Positions 8,520 through 17,893 of a DNA stretch of 37,875 nt are shown in pieces. Origin of the DNA: an uncultured virus (IMG/VR IMGVR_UViG_3300008108_005860). Taxonomy: Duplodnaviria; Heunggongvirae; Uroviricota; Caudoviricetes. The notes beneath the pieces were generated by a model, which saw only the letters and a list, made by a program, of their open reading frames with translations, did no database searches and was not told where the DNA came from. Position numbers and translations under genes: made by a program. The stretch's first letter is position 1. Every line of letters starts with the position of its first letter. The DNA lies in IMG/VR virus record IMGVR_UViG_3300008108_005860; one strand, 5' to 3'.

Positions 8520-8542
8520 ATAAATAAGGTAACACTACTTAT
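8520..8542. promoter_or_regulatory. Overlapping divergent late promoters
   Basis: ATAAATA on + (8520-8526) and ATAAGTA on - (8542-8536) between divergent ATGs at 8508 and 8555. Confidence 0.65.
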
Positions 8543-8554
8543 TGCGGTTAAACA

Positions 8555-10939
8555 ATGGATCAACAATATCTAAGAGAATTTGCCGAAGCAACCAAACGTG
8601 CCCAAGAAGAAATTCAAAAATACGGCGCAGTTACTGCTGGCACCGCACAGCAGTTAGAACAACTGCAAAAAGTACAACAAGCACAGATCCTCAACGCTAA
8701 AAAATGGAGTGTGGCTGCTGGCGCTGCTGCTGGCGCTGCTACGCAACTTGGCTCATCCTTGCTGGCCGGTGATACCAGTGCCAAAGCTTCGGCCAAGGCC
8801 TTGTCGTCATTTGCTGGGGAAATTGGTGATCTAGTCAGCGGCTTGTCTATGCTCATGCCCGGCGGCATAATCATCAAGGGTCTGACATTTGTTGGAGGCC
8901 AGCTGCTGAAACTGGGCGGCAAATACTTTGAAAAAGTAGCAGAGACCACTGACTCACTGTATACCAGTTTGTACAAATTACGTGACACAGGACTGGCCAC
9001 CGAATCGGGCATGAGCGGCCTGGCAGGTCGCATGGTAGAACTCAACTATGGTCTCAATGAAGTAGACAAAGCAGTTGCCTTGCTCAGTAGCAATGCTCAG
9101 ACTCTGGGTGACTTTGGCGGTACCGCAGAAAAAGGCGCTATCGCATTTGGTGAATTTTCAGACAATCTACGAAAAAATGCCAACAGTACCTTTGTGGGCC
9201 TGCGTAGATTGACAGGCAGCCAAGACGAACTGAACAAAAGACAAGCAGTTTACATCAATCTGCAGACTCAGTTGGGCAACAAGACCAATGTTTCCATAGC
9301 AGAGTTTGAACGCATGACCAAAGCCACTGATGCACTCAGCAAGGCATTTGGTGTCAGTACCGATGAGTTAGACAAGAATCGCAAGCGAAATCTTGCTGAA
9401 ACTGCCATGAGGTCTTTGGTACAACAGATGTCTGCTGGTGGTAAAGAAATGGCAGCACGCGGCGAGCAGATGCTAGAAGAAGTGGGTGTGCTACAAGCTC
9501 GAGGTGCAAGCAAAACAGCCGATGGTGTCAAAGCAGCACTGACAGGACAATTTGGCAGCGAAGATTATAAAAAATTACAGTTGGCAGCAGCAGCTGCAGG
9601 CGTGGATCTCAACAAACAAGTGGCCGACATCAAGACCGGCAAACAAACAGTCTTGGGTATGACGACATTGATAGCCCAAGGCGGACAAAAACTACAGGCA
9701 ACTATGGGTCGAGTGGCTCAGCAAACACCCGAGATAATGGAAGAAACTTTTGGTTCATTACCGGAACTGCTAGATCTTGCAGCAGCCGGCGATCTTAAAA
9801 ATCGCCAAGAACAAGGTGCCAAGTCCGCCGATGCCATGACCAAAGGATTAGATGCTGCCACTGAAGCCGAAAACAAAAGACGTATCGCTGCCGAACAAGT
9901 TCGTAACAGTCTACAGAGTTTCGTGGAAGCAGGCATAGTGCCTGCTACCAGTGCGTTGAAGACCATGACTGAGACTATCAACAAACTCACTGGCCAGAGA
10001 GCCGAGGCCCTGCGGGCACAAGAAAGATCGCCCAGTGGACTCGGCGGTGCGGCTGCAGGAGCTGCTGCTCTGGGGGCAGGAGGAGCTGTCATTGGATCAG
10101 TGGTACCAGGTGTGGGCACAGTTGCAGGTGGTGTCATTGGTGGCATAGTTGGCGGTATAGCAGGTGCCCTTGGTCTGATAGATCATTCCTATGTAGATGC
10201 CTTCAAGACCAATCCCGACGATGTGATTGATTTTGGTGATAAAAGTGGATCACGGCAGGCTTTTGAAGGGTTAGATCCCAAAACCAAAGAAGATTTTTTA
10301 AAAATGGCCACCGAGTACCACAAGGAGACCAAAGAAAAAGTCAAATTAACTTCGGCATTTAGAACACGCGAAGATCAAGAACGCCTCAAGGCCAATGAAT
10401 CTAAAAACGCAGGCAGGCCCGTGGCTGCACCAGGAACAAGTTTACACGAAAAAGGCAAGGCCGTGGACATTGATACTGCTCAGGCACGCAAGATCAAGGC
10501 CATGGGCCTGCACGAAAAATACGGTTTTGCCAACGACATTCCTAATGATCCTGTGCATTTCTACAAAAAAGGATACAAAGATGGCGGCATTGCCGACGGT
10601 CCCGAATCAGGTTATACAGCACTGTTGCACGGACTAGAAGCCATAGTGCCTCTCGCCAACAATCGCAGCATACCTGTGAGTTTCCGTGATTCTGCACCAA
10701 TGGGCATGAACTCGGATGCCATGTTCTCAGATACGCTGCCCAAGATCAACGAATCAATGACACAGCAAAGTCAATTTTTAGAACAACAACTGCAGAAATC
10801 CGAAGCCATGCTACAAGCTCTAAATCGTTTTGCCAGCGCAGATCAGATGCAGATCATGATAGATAAACTGCAGAACATCAGCGATAAAATGAACACCAAC
10901 AACGACATCAACTCCAAAATACTCCAGCAGCAGATGTAA
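8555..10939 (+). CDS. Tape-measure-like protein with glycine-zipper segment and C-terminal M15-type zinc peptidase domain
   Basis: Long Ala/Gln/Lys helical body; GAAAGAAALGAGG...GGIVGGIAG segment; SAFRT...AAPGTSLHEKGKAVD...DPVHF motif; DGGIADGPESGY...LHGLEAIVPL tail motif. Confidence 0.75.
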   Translation: MDQQYLREFAEATKRAQEEIQKYGAVTAGTAQQLEQLQKVQQAQILNAKKWSVAAGAAAGAATQLGSSLLAGDTSAKASAKALSSFAGEIGDLVSGLSMLMPGGIIIKGLTFVGGQLLKLGGKYFEKVAETTDSLYTSLYKLRDTGLATESGMSGLAGRMVELNYGLNEVDKAVALLSSNAQTLGDFGGTAEKGAIAFGEFSDNLRKNANSTFVGLRRLTGSQDELNKRQAVYINLQTQLGNKTNVSIAEFERMTKATDALSKAFGVSTDELDKNRKRNLAETAMRSLVQQMSAGGKEMAARGEQMLEEVGVLQARGASKTADGVKAALTGQFGSEDYKKLQLAAAAAGVDLNKQVADIKTGKQTVLGMTTLIAQGGQKLQATMGRVAQQTPEIMEETFGSLPELLDLAAAGDLKNRQEQGAKSADAMTKGLDAATEAENKRRIAAEQVRNSLQSFVEAGIVPATSALKTMTETINKLTGQRAEALRAQERSPSGLGGAAAGAAALGAGGAVIGSVVPGVGTVAGGVIGGIVGGIAGALGLIDHSYVDAFKTNPDDVIDFGDKSGSRQAFEGLDPKTKEDFLKMATEYHKETKEKVKLTSAFRTREDQERLKANESKNAGRPVAAPGTSLHEKGKAVDIDTAQARKIKAMGLHEKYGFANDIPNDPVHFYKKGYKDGGIADGPESGYTALLHGLEAIVPLANNRSIPVSFRDSAPMGMNSDAMFSDTLPKINESMTQQSQFLEQQLQKSEAMLQALNRFASADQMQIMIDKLQNISDKMNTNNDINSKILQQQM

Positions 10940-10945
10940 AACCCG

Positions 10946-10952
10946 CTAAGTA
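10946..10952 (+). promoter_or_regulatory. Late promoter variant CTAAGTA
   Basis: 22 nt upstream of the portal ATG, followed by AAGGA. Confidence 0.55.
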
Positions 10953-10974
10953 ATAGCAAGGATCCCACACACCT

Positions 10975-12711
10975 ATGTCTTGGAAAAAACACTTTAAAGT
11001 AGCCAACCCCGGCGACGGCTCCATGAGCCCCATATCAGGCAGCACAGCGCAGAGCCGTAACTATGGCGCAGATTTTGGTTTCCGTAACTATGCGTCACGC
11101 TTGCCTGAAGTGTATTCGGGCCATCCCAACCGTATTGAACGCTATAATCAGTATGAAGCCATGGACACTGATGCACAGATCAATGCCTGTTTGGACATTA
11201 TCTCTGAATTTTCCACGCAAAAAAACCTGCAAAACGGCACCAGTTTCAATGTCAAGTACAAGGAAAAAGCCACAGATCATGAAGTAAAAATCATCAAAGA
11301 ACAGCTGCAGGCCTGGGTCAAACTCAACAAGTTTGATCAGCGTATGTTCAAGATGTTCCGCAATGTGATCAAGTACGGCGATCAGGTGTTTATCCGTGAT
11401 CCACAGACTTTTGAACTGTACTATGTGGACATGACCAAGGTCAGCCGTGTAATCGTTAACGAATCAGAAGGCAAGCGCCCTGAGCAGTACATTGTGCGTG
11501 ACATCAACCCCAACTTCCAGAATCTAACTATCTCAGCCATTGCCACAGACGCTGCCTATGCCAATCAGCCGCAGCAGGGCTCCTGGGGCGGTCAGCCGGG
11601 CTATACAGTGCCTTCAAATCCGTTCAATCAAGGATCACGTTTCAGTCTCAGCCAAAACGAGTCGGCTATCGCTGCTGAACACGTGGTGCATTTGAGTCTG
11701 TCAGAAGGTTTGGATTTCTACTGGCCATTTGGACAAAGCATACTGGAAAGCATTTTCAAGGTCTACAAGCAGAAAGAACTGCTAGAAGATTCCATCCTGA
11801 TATATCGTGTACAGCGTGCGCCAGAGCGGCGTGTGTTTTACATCGACGTGGGCAACATGCCTTCGCACTTGGCCATGCAGTTTGTTGAGCGTGTGAAAAA
11901 CGAAATACATCAGCGACGTATTCCTACCTTGACCGGTGGAAGCATGAACATCTTGGATGCCACCTACAATCCACTCAGCATCAACGAAGATTACTTTTTT
12001 CCACAGACAGCAGAAGGTCGCGGATCTCGGGTAGAAATGCTGCAAGGTGGCCAGGCCGTGGGCGAGATCGACGATCTCAAGTATTTCAACAACATGATGA
12101 TGCGTGGACTGCGTGTGCCTTCATCTTACTTGCCCACTGGTCCCGATGACTCTACCACACCACTCAGCGATGGGCGTGTGGGCACAGCACTCATACAAGA
12201 ATTCCGTTTCAACGAATACTGCAAACGTCTACAGCAGTTGATACTGCACAAGTTGGATGATGAGTTCAAGATGTTCATGCGCTGGCGTGGATTCAACATT
12301 GATTCCAGTTTGTTTGATCTGGAATTCAATCCACCGCAGAACTTTGCTGCTTACCGTGAAGCAGAGTTGGATACCAGCAGGGTCAGCACTTTTACCACTT
12401 TGGAACCACTGCCTTATATGAGCAAGCGTTTCTTGCTGAAACGTTATCTGGGTCTGACCGAAGAAGAAGTGTTGGAAAACGAAGAAATGTGGCGCGAAGA
12501 GCGCGACGAGCCTGCAGCACAAGGCAGCCAAGGTTCAGAACTGCGTTCAGTGGGCATCAGTCCTGGAGGATTTGAAGCAGATCTTGCAGGACTGCCACCC
12601 GAAGGCGCGGGTGCTGGAGACCTGGGTGCAGATGATCTTGGAGCACCCGGAGCAGCAGCACCGCCTGCAGCCAGCACTATCACTGCGCCTGGTGCACCAC
12701 CAGCAGTTTGA
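10975..12711 (+). CDS. gp20: Portal protein
   Basis: LLEDSILIYRVQRAPERRVFYIDVGNMP, EDYFFP...GRGS and DDLKYF...LRVPSSYL motifs. Confidence 0.95.
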   Translation: MSWKKHFKVANPGDGSMSPISGSTAQSRNYGADFGFRNYASRLPEVYSGHPNRIERYNQYEAMDTDAQINACLDIISEFSTQKNLQNGTSFNVKYKEKATDHEVKIIKEQLQAWVKLNKFDQRMFKMFRNVIKYGDQVFIRDPQTFELYYVDMTKVSRVIVNESEGKRPEQYIVRDINPNFQNLTISAIATDAAYANQPQQGSWGGQPGYTVPSNPFNQGSRFSLSQNESAIAAEHVVHLSLSEGLDFYWPFGQSILESIFKVYKQKELLEDSILIYRVQRAPERRVFYIDVGNMPSHLAMQFVERVKNEIHQRRIPTLTGGSMNILDATYNPLSINEDYFFPQTAEGRGSRVEMLQGGQAVGEIDDLKYFNNMMMRGLRVPSSYLPTGPDDSTTPLSDGRVGTALIQEFRFNEYCKRLQQLILHKLDDEFKMFMRWRGFNIDSSLFDLEFNPPQNFAAYREAELDTSRVSTFTTLEPLPYMSKRFLLKRYLGLTEEEVLENEEMWREERDEPAAQGSQGSELRSVGISPGGFEADLAGLPPEGAGAGDLGADDLGAPGAAAPPAASTITAPGAPPAV

Positions 12712-12732
12712 CAAAATCAAGTAAATATCATT

Positions 12733-12954
12733 ATGAATTTTCTTGAATTATTTGACAAAGAGCCCGAAGGCTATCAGGACTTACAGGACGACAACAGCCG
12801 TCCTAAACTGCGCCAACTGCGTAAAACCAAACTTACCTTGACTCAGATCAATAAAATACGCCGTATGCAAGAAGTGCGCAAGTTTGAGTACGATGAGAAA
12901 TTAAAGTACATCCGCAAACAGTATGCACCGCCTCCTGCGGTGCCGGGCTTATGA
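12733..12954 (+). CDS. Small prohead-associated protein (gp67/gp68 position)
   Basis: Clean ORF between portal and core genes, directly after GTAAATA; function inferred from position only. Confidence 0.7.
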   Translation: MNFLELFDKEPEGYQDLQDDNSRPKLRQLRKTKLTLTQINKIRRMQEVRKFEYDEKLKYIRKQYAPPPAVPGL

Positions 12955-12991
12955 TACAGCCCAAGTCATAATACATAAATATTTCTACCAG

Positions 12992-13019
12992 AAAACCAGC
13001 CATAAGTGGCTGGTTTTTT
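12992..13019. terminator. Intrinsic terminator, possibly bidirectional
   Basis: AAAACCAGCCA-TAAG-TGGCTGGTTTTTT. Confidence 0.85.
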
Positions 13020-13029
13020 AATATGTGCA

Positions 13030-13036
13030 GTAAATA
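13030..13036 (+). promoter_or_regulatory. Late promoter GTAAATA
   Basis: Directly after the terminator and ahead of the AAGGA RBS of the head core operon. Confidence 0.7.
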
Positions 13037-13074
13037 ACTCTACACAAACCTTATTCTAGAAAAGGAACCAAAAA

Positions 13075-13953
13075 ATGTCAAGCAAGTTTGAAAAACTCAT
13101 TGAGTACGTCATTAACGACGAAGAACAAAAGGCTCGTGACCTTTTTCACGAAATCGTAGTGGAAAAAAGCCGTGGTATCTATGAAGACCTCATGGCAGCA
13201 GAACTCAAAGAAGAATCCGATGAGGATTTGGAAGAATCTGCAGATGAAGAAATGGAAGAGTCCATGGAAATGGAAACCATGGGCGGCGATGCAGCAGATC
13301 AACTGATGAACGATATCAGTGCCAATGTTGATGCCGATGAAACAGCCATGGAAGATGACGAAGAAGTCATGGACATGGGTGCCGAAGAAGAAATGGTTGG
13401 CGGCGATGATTTTGCCGACGAAATGGGCGCAGGCGGCGATCTCGAAGGTGATATCGCCAGCATTGACAGCAAACTAGACGAACTACTGGCCAAATTTGAA
13501 GAAGTCATTGGCGGCGACGATGGTATGGTCGACGGCGAAGAAGACGATGAAATGACCATGGGTTCAGAAGTAGAAGCCGAAGAAGAAGAAGTTGAGGAAA
13601 GCCTAGCAGAAAACGTTCAACTGCAAAAAGTTGCTGTTGACCGTGGTGATCGTTTGGCAGGTCAAGGCACAACAGGCGGTGACAAACTGCGTGTTGACTC
13701 CAAAAGCCCAAACGCTAACAATGCCGGCGCCAGTGTAACTGGTTCGGTGGCCAAACCTGCTTCCAGCAAGTTTACTGCTGAAAACCCCGATGGTACCAAA
13801 GCACCAACAACACAAAAAGCACCTGACATTGAGTCTGGCCTGCAGAACACTGCTGGTAAAAACATGGCTCCCATGAAACCTGCTACCAAGCCCACGCTGA
13901 GCCAGGCTTCGGGTGTTAACACCAAGAGTCCTTTAAAAGCAATCAAGAGCTAA
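13075..13953 (+). CDS. Acidic prohead core/internal protein
   Basis: Very D/E/M-rich with a basic low-complexity tail; between portal and protease; strong RBS. Confidence 0.7.
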   Translation: MSSKFEKLIEYVINDEEQKARDLFHEIVVEKSRGIYEDLMAAELKEESDEDLEESADEEMEESMEMETMGGDAADQLMNDISANVDADETAMEDDEEVMDMGAEEEMVGGDDFADEMGAGGDLEGDIASIDSKLDELLAKFEEVIGGDDGMVDGEEDDEMTMGSEVEAEEEEVEESLAENVQLQKVAVDRGDRLAGQGTTGGDKLRVDSKSPNANNAGASVTGSVAKPASSKFTAENPDGTKAPTTQKAPDIESGLQNTAGKNMAPMKPATKPTLSQASGVNTKSPLKAIKS

Positions 13954-13958
13954 TCTAG

Positions 13959-14609
13959 ATGTTTAAAGGGAACCGTCACTTACAAGAAGTTCTCAGTTAC
14001 GATGCTGCCAAGATCGTGGTTGAGAGCCGAGAAGAAGCTCCAGGTAAAGAGCCCTCCACTTTCATGGAAGGCATCTTTATCCAGGGTGACGTTAAAAACG
14101 CCAATGGACGAGTTTACCCAGTGCAACAGATTAGATCAGCAGTGGATCAGCTCAATGAGCAGATCAACGGTGGATTCTCTGTGTGCGGTGAAGTAGATCA
14201 TCCAGAAGATTTAAAAATTAATCTAGACCGTGTGAGCCATATGATCCAGAAAATGTGGATGGATGGCCCCAACGGCATAGGTAAACTGAAGTTGTTACCC
14301 ACACCCATGGGCAAGTTAGTTGATACAATGCTGCAGTCGGGTGTGAAATTAGGAGTTTCGAGTCGCGGATCAGGTAATGTTGATGACGCGACCGGACGTG
14401 TCAGTGACTTTGAAATAGTCACTGTCGACATCGTGGCACAGCCATCAGCACCAAACGCTTATCCTCGAACAGTGTATGAAAGCCTCATGAACATGAGATA
14501 CGGACATAGAATGTTTGATATGAGCAAGAATGCTGTGGGCGGTGACACACTTGCACAGAAACACTTGAAGAACGAGATTGTCAAGTTCATCAAGGATCTG
14601 AAGATTTAG
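13959..14609 (+). CDS. gp21: Prohead protease
   Basis: EGIFIQGDVKNANGRVYP, GEVDHP, LGVSSRGSG, DIVAQPSAPNAY. Confidence 0.95.
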   Translation: MFKGNRHLQEVLSYDAAKIVVESREEAPGKEPSTFMEGIFIQGDVKNANGRVYPVQQIRSAVDQLNEQINGGFSVCGEVDHPEDLKINLDRVSHMIQKMWMDGPNGIGKLKLLPTPMGKLVDTMLQSGVKLGVSSRGSGNVDDATGRVSDFEIVTVDIVAQPSAPNAYPRTVYESLMNMRYGHRMFDMSKNAVGGDTLAQKHLKNEIVKFIKDLKI

Positions 14610-14618
14610 GAGATCGTA

Positions 14619-15719
14619 ATGCTAGACGCAATCAAACCATTGCTAGATAGCCAACTGATCAACGAGTCAACTGGTGAAGCCATCACAGAAGCATTTGAGG
14701 CCAAACTAAATGAAGCTCGTGAGCAGGTGCGTGCAGAACTCCGTGAGGAATTTGCACAACGCTATGAGCATGACAAGTCAGTTATGGTCGAAGCCCTAGA
14801 TCGCATGGTAACCGAAGGCCTCAAAGCAGAAATGCAAGAGTTCCAAGAAGAGCGCCGTGGTCTCAATGAAGACCGTGTGCGTTTCCAAGTCAAGATGAAA
14901 GAATCAGCCGAGAAGTTTAACAACTTCATGGTTGGTAAACTTGCTGAGGAAATCAAGGAACTACGTTCGGATCGTCGCACTCATACCGAGAGCGTGGATC
15001 GTTTAGAACGATTTGTAATTGAAGCTTTGGCTCGTGAGATTACTGAATTTGCCCAGGACAAGCGTGACGTGGTTAACACCAAAGTCAAACTTGTGTCTGA
15101 AGCCAAGAAGCAACTCACAGCATTGAAACAGCAGTTTGTAAAAGAATCTGCTGCCAAGTTAGGTCAGCGTGTTGCTGAACATCTACGTTCTGAACTTACT
15201 CAGCTCAAAGAAGACGTTAAAATTGCTCGAGAGAACAATTTTGGTCGTCGTATCTTTGAAGCATATGTCACAGAGTTTGCAGGCACTCATCTCAATGAGA
15301 ATGCCGAAGTACGCAAGCTCCGGGCTGTGATTGCTGACAAAGAACAGAAATTGGCCGAAGCCATTGAATCAACTCGTACTGCCAAAGTATTGGTTGAGAA
15401 CAAGGAACGTGAAGTTCGTATGATCAAGGAGTCCACAGAGCGTAGCCGCACTATGGATGAATTGCTCTCTCCTTTAAACGAGGAAAAAGCAGAAATCATG
15501 CGTAACTTACTAGAAAGCGTGCAAACACCTCGTCTTCGCACTGCTTTTGAAAAGTATCTACCAGCAGTTCTTGAGAACGCCGCTCGGAAAGTGGCTGTTG
15601 CAAAACAGACCATTACCGAAAGCGTACACAAAGAAGTCACTGGTGATAAATCTGCCGTCAAACCCAAGTCTGATGACGCAGCAAACGTCATTGAGCTCAA
15701 GAGACTGGCAGGGCTTTAA
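14619..15719 (+). CDS. gp22: Prohead scaffold protein
   Basis: Long charged coiled coil between protease and capsid genes; GRRIFEAY motif; AGGAG RBS. Confidence 0.85.
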   Translation: MLDAIKPLLDSQLINESTGEAITEAFEAKLNEAREQVRAELREEFAQRYEHDKSVMVEALDRMVTEGLKAEMQEFQEERRGLNEDRVRFQVKMKESAEKFNNFMVGKLAEEIKELRSDRRTHTESVDRLERFVIEALAREITEFAQDKRDVVNTKVKLVSEAKKQLTALKQQFVKESAAKLGQRVAEHLRSELTQLKEDVKIARENNFGRRIFEAYVTEFAGTHLNENAEVRKLRAVIADKEQKLAEAIESTRTAKVLVENKEREVRMIKESTERSRTMDELLSPLNEEKAEIMRNLLESVQTPRLRTAFEKYLPAVLENAARKVAVAKQTITESVHKEVTGDKSAVKPKSDDAANVIELKRLAGL

Positions 15720-15746
15720 TCTTACGACAAGAAACAGGAGAGAATC

Positions 15747-16940
15747 ATGTCACAAGAACTGTTAGAAAGCCGTTGGGACGAGACCAAAGAAGCCCTACTA
15801 GAAGGACTCAATGGTTCCCGTCGCAGCACAATGGGTGTAGTTTTAGAAAACACTCGCAAGTACCTGAAAGAGTCATCTGCAGGTACCACAGTTAGCGGTA
15901 ATATCGCTACACTGAATCGTGTGATCCTTCCAGTGATCCGCCGTGTTATGCCAACTGTTATTGCCAACGAACTCGTTGGTGTACAGCCCATGACTGGCCC
16001 CGTTGGTCAGATCCACACTCTGCGTGTTCGTTATGCACAAAGCATGACAGACACATCAGCAGCAGCAACCAGCGTTACAGCTGGCCAGGAAGCACTGAGC
16101 CCGTTCTTGATTGCAACAGCATACTCTGCTGGTGCAAGCACAAGCGCAACTCAGAGCACTTACACTGGTTCCAACACAGCAGCTTTAGAAGGCGACGGCG
16201 GTCGTAAGATTTCCGTTCAAATCCTGAAGCAGGCCGTTGAAGCTAAAACACGTAAGCTCCAGGCTCGTTGGACATTTGAAGCTGCACAAGACGCACAAGC
16301 AATGCACGGTATCGATGTTGAGGCCGAAATCATGGCTGCTCTCGCACAAGAGATCACAACTGAGATCGACCAAGAGATCCTGCTGAGCCTGCGTTCATTG
16401 GCTGCAACAGAGTTCACATACAACCAGGCTACCGTTAGTGGTACAGCAACCTACGTTGGTGATGAGCACGCCGCACTGGCAGTTCTGATCAATCGTGTTG
16501 CTAACCTGATCGCTCAGCGCACACGTCGTGGTGCAGGTAACTACGCTGTAGTTTCGCCCGCTTCCTTGACAGTGCTCCAGAGCGCAACAACTTCTGCTTT
16601 TGCTCGCACAACAGAAGGCACATTTGAAGCACCCACAAACACCAAGTTTGTTGGTACACTCAACAGTGCTATGCGTGTTTATGTTGATAGCTATGCTAAC
16701 GACTCGACACCAGTTCTGGTTGGCTACAAAGGCGCCAGCGAAGCTGATGCTCCAGCATTCTACTGCCCATACATTCCTTTGATGTCAAGCGGTGTTGTTC
16801 TGGATCCCAGCACATTCGAGCCAGTCGTTTCGTTTATGACGAGATATGGCTACATAGAATTGACAAATACTGCATCGTCTTTTGGCAATGCGGGCGATTA
16901 TGTCGGCGAGATAGCCGTCCAAAATCTGTCGTTCAGTTAA
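15747..16940 (+). CDS. gp23: Major capsid protein
   Basis: VGVQPMTGPVGQI, RKLQARWTFEAAQDAQAMHG, FYCPYIPL, MTRYG. Confidence 0.96.
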   Translation: MSQELLESRWDETKEALLEGLNGSRRSTMGVVLENTRKYLKESSAGTTVSGNIATLNRVILPVIRRVMPTVIANELVGVQPMTGPVGQIHTLRVRYAQSMTDTSAAATSVTAGQEALSPFLIATAYSAGASTSATQSTYTGSNTAALEGDGGRKISVQILKQAVEAKTRKLQARWTFEAAQDAQAMHGIDVEAEIMAALAQEITTEIDQEILLSLRSLAATEFTYNQATVSGTATYVGDEHAALAVLINRVANLIAQRTRRGAGNYAVVSPASLTVLQSATTSAFARTTEGTFEAPTNTKFVGTLNSAMRVYVDSYANDSTPVLVGYKGASEADAPAFYCPYIPLMSSGVVLDPSTFEPVVSFMTRYGYIELTNTASSFGNAGDYVGEIAVQNLSFS

Positions 16941-16984
16941 TTCTTCGCTGTACATCCTTGCAATACTTCCCCGGGATGGGAAAC

Positions 16985-17016
16985 AAAGAAGGCACAGAAA
17001 TGTGCCTTTTTTTTTT
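16985..17016 (+). terminator. Intrinsic terminator
   Basis: AAGGCACA-GAAA-TGTGCCTT followed by a long T run. Confidence 0.9.
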
Positions 17017-17086
17017 GACTAGAAAATCTACCGCTAAGTATTGTTGCTCGTGTAGCACATACACATCACACAGAAAGGAGTCTATC

Positions 17087-17308
17087 ATGAGCAAAACACC
17101 TTACGAGATCCGTCTCGAACTACTCAAACTGGCCAACGAAGTGCTGGTAACACCCATCTTCCAGCGCCGCGATGCACTGATCCAGGAATTCCACAGCCGA
17201 TTTGAAAGCGACAAGTCTGCCCACTTTCCTGCACTGCCGGATTTTCCTAGCACAGACACAGTGATAGCAGAAGCCGAAAAACTCAACCGGTTTGTAAGCC
17301 AGCAGTAA
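17087..17308 (+). CDS. Small conserved-type phage protein (73 aa, MSKTPYEIRLELLK...)
   Basis: AAAGGAG RBS before ATG 17087, CTAAGTA promoter at 17034-17040, own terminator. The track's start at 16958 crosses a terminator. Confidence 0.8.
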   Translation: MSKTPYEIRLELLKLANEVLVTPIFQRRDALIQEFHSRFESDKSAHFPALPDFPSTDTVIAEAEKLNRFVSQQ

Positions 17309-17334
17309 AAGAGCCCCGCAAGGGGCTTTTTGTT
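17307..17334 (+). terminator. Intrinsic terminator
   Basis: GAGCCCC-GCAA-GGGGCTT followed by TTTGTT. Confidence 0.88.
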
Positions 17335-17373
17335 GTATTGGTAATAAATATTAGTTCATACCAAGGAATTGCA

Positions 17374-17505
17374 ATGAAGACCTATAACTTTCGCGCACAA
17401 GTTAGAATCAACGGCAACATAGAATACAGAGATTTTGTTATCACTGCTACAAGTTGGCGCGATGCAAGACAGCAACTTCGAGAAGCCATGAACACTGCTG
17501 TTTAA
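17374..17505 (+). CDS. 43-aa hypothetical protein MKTYNFRAQVRINGNIEYRDFVITATSWRDARQQLREAMNTAV
   Basis: Below the track cut-off; ATAAATA at 17344-17350, AAGGA RBS, and it fills the gap exactly. Confidence 0.7.
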   Translation: MKTYNFRAQVRINGNIEYRDFVITATSWRDARQQLREAMNTAV

Positions 17506-17516
17506 GTTTTAATCAA

Positions 17517-17795
17517 ATGTCTAATCCTCCTCCTTATACTGATATAACTGGCATCACCCGAGCTGTCATGAAAGACAATGCGCAGGTGTCTATCGTGGAC
17601 TACAATGGCAATGCCAGACCTGGAGAACTGGTAGTAGCACAAGGTACTACCAATCTTTACATAGGCAACAGCCTTGGCCAGTTGACCTTGGTTGCCAGTG
17701 GCATTGCTGTGTCCGCAGGCAATGTGGTTCCTGCAGGATCCTATCCACTGTACTATGATCCTGTGACCCAGCAAATGACTGTGGTCACTCCTTGA
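17517..17795 (+). CDS. Hypothetical virion protein (92 aa)
   Basis: ATG 17517 (MSNPPPY...); RPGELVV...NLYIGN resembles the short N-terminal motif of fibre/decoration proteins. Confidence 0.7.
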   Translation: MSNPPPYTDITGITRAVMKDNAQVSIVDYNGNARPGELVVAQGTTNLYIGNSLGQLTLVASGIAVSAGNVVPAGSYPLYYDPVTQQMTVVTP

Positions 17796-17810
17796 TTTCT
17801 ACTCCAGAAC

Positions 17811-17890
17811 GCTAAATATCTAGTCGCTCAAGACTTATGCAGGTCCCTGCGTATGACCTAGAACGTCAGCCCAATCTAAACAAGGAGAAA
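17811..17890 (+). promoter_or_regulatory. Late promoter GCTAAATA and structured 5' leader
   Basis: Promoter 17811-17818; hairpins 17836-17853 and 17854-17868; AAGGAG RBS. Confidence 0.6.
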
Positions 17891-17893
17891 TAA

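Noticed and set aside
12976..12982. ATAAATA just before the terminator as promoter of a tiny RNA
   Set aside because: It would give only about 30 nt consisting of the terminator; it may be chance in an AT-rich spacer and has no other support.
16958..17086. Longer N-termini given by the ORF track (starts 16958, 17454, 8535, 33562)
   Set aside because: They cross terminators, promoters or another ORF; downstream ATGs fit RBS and promoter positions better.
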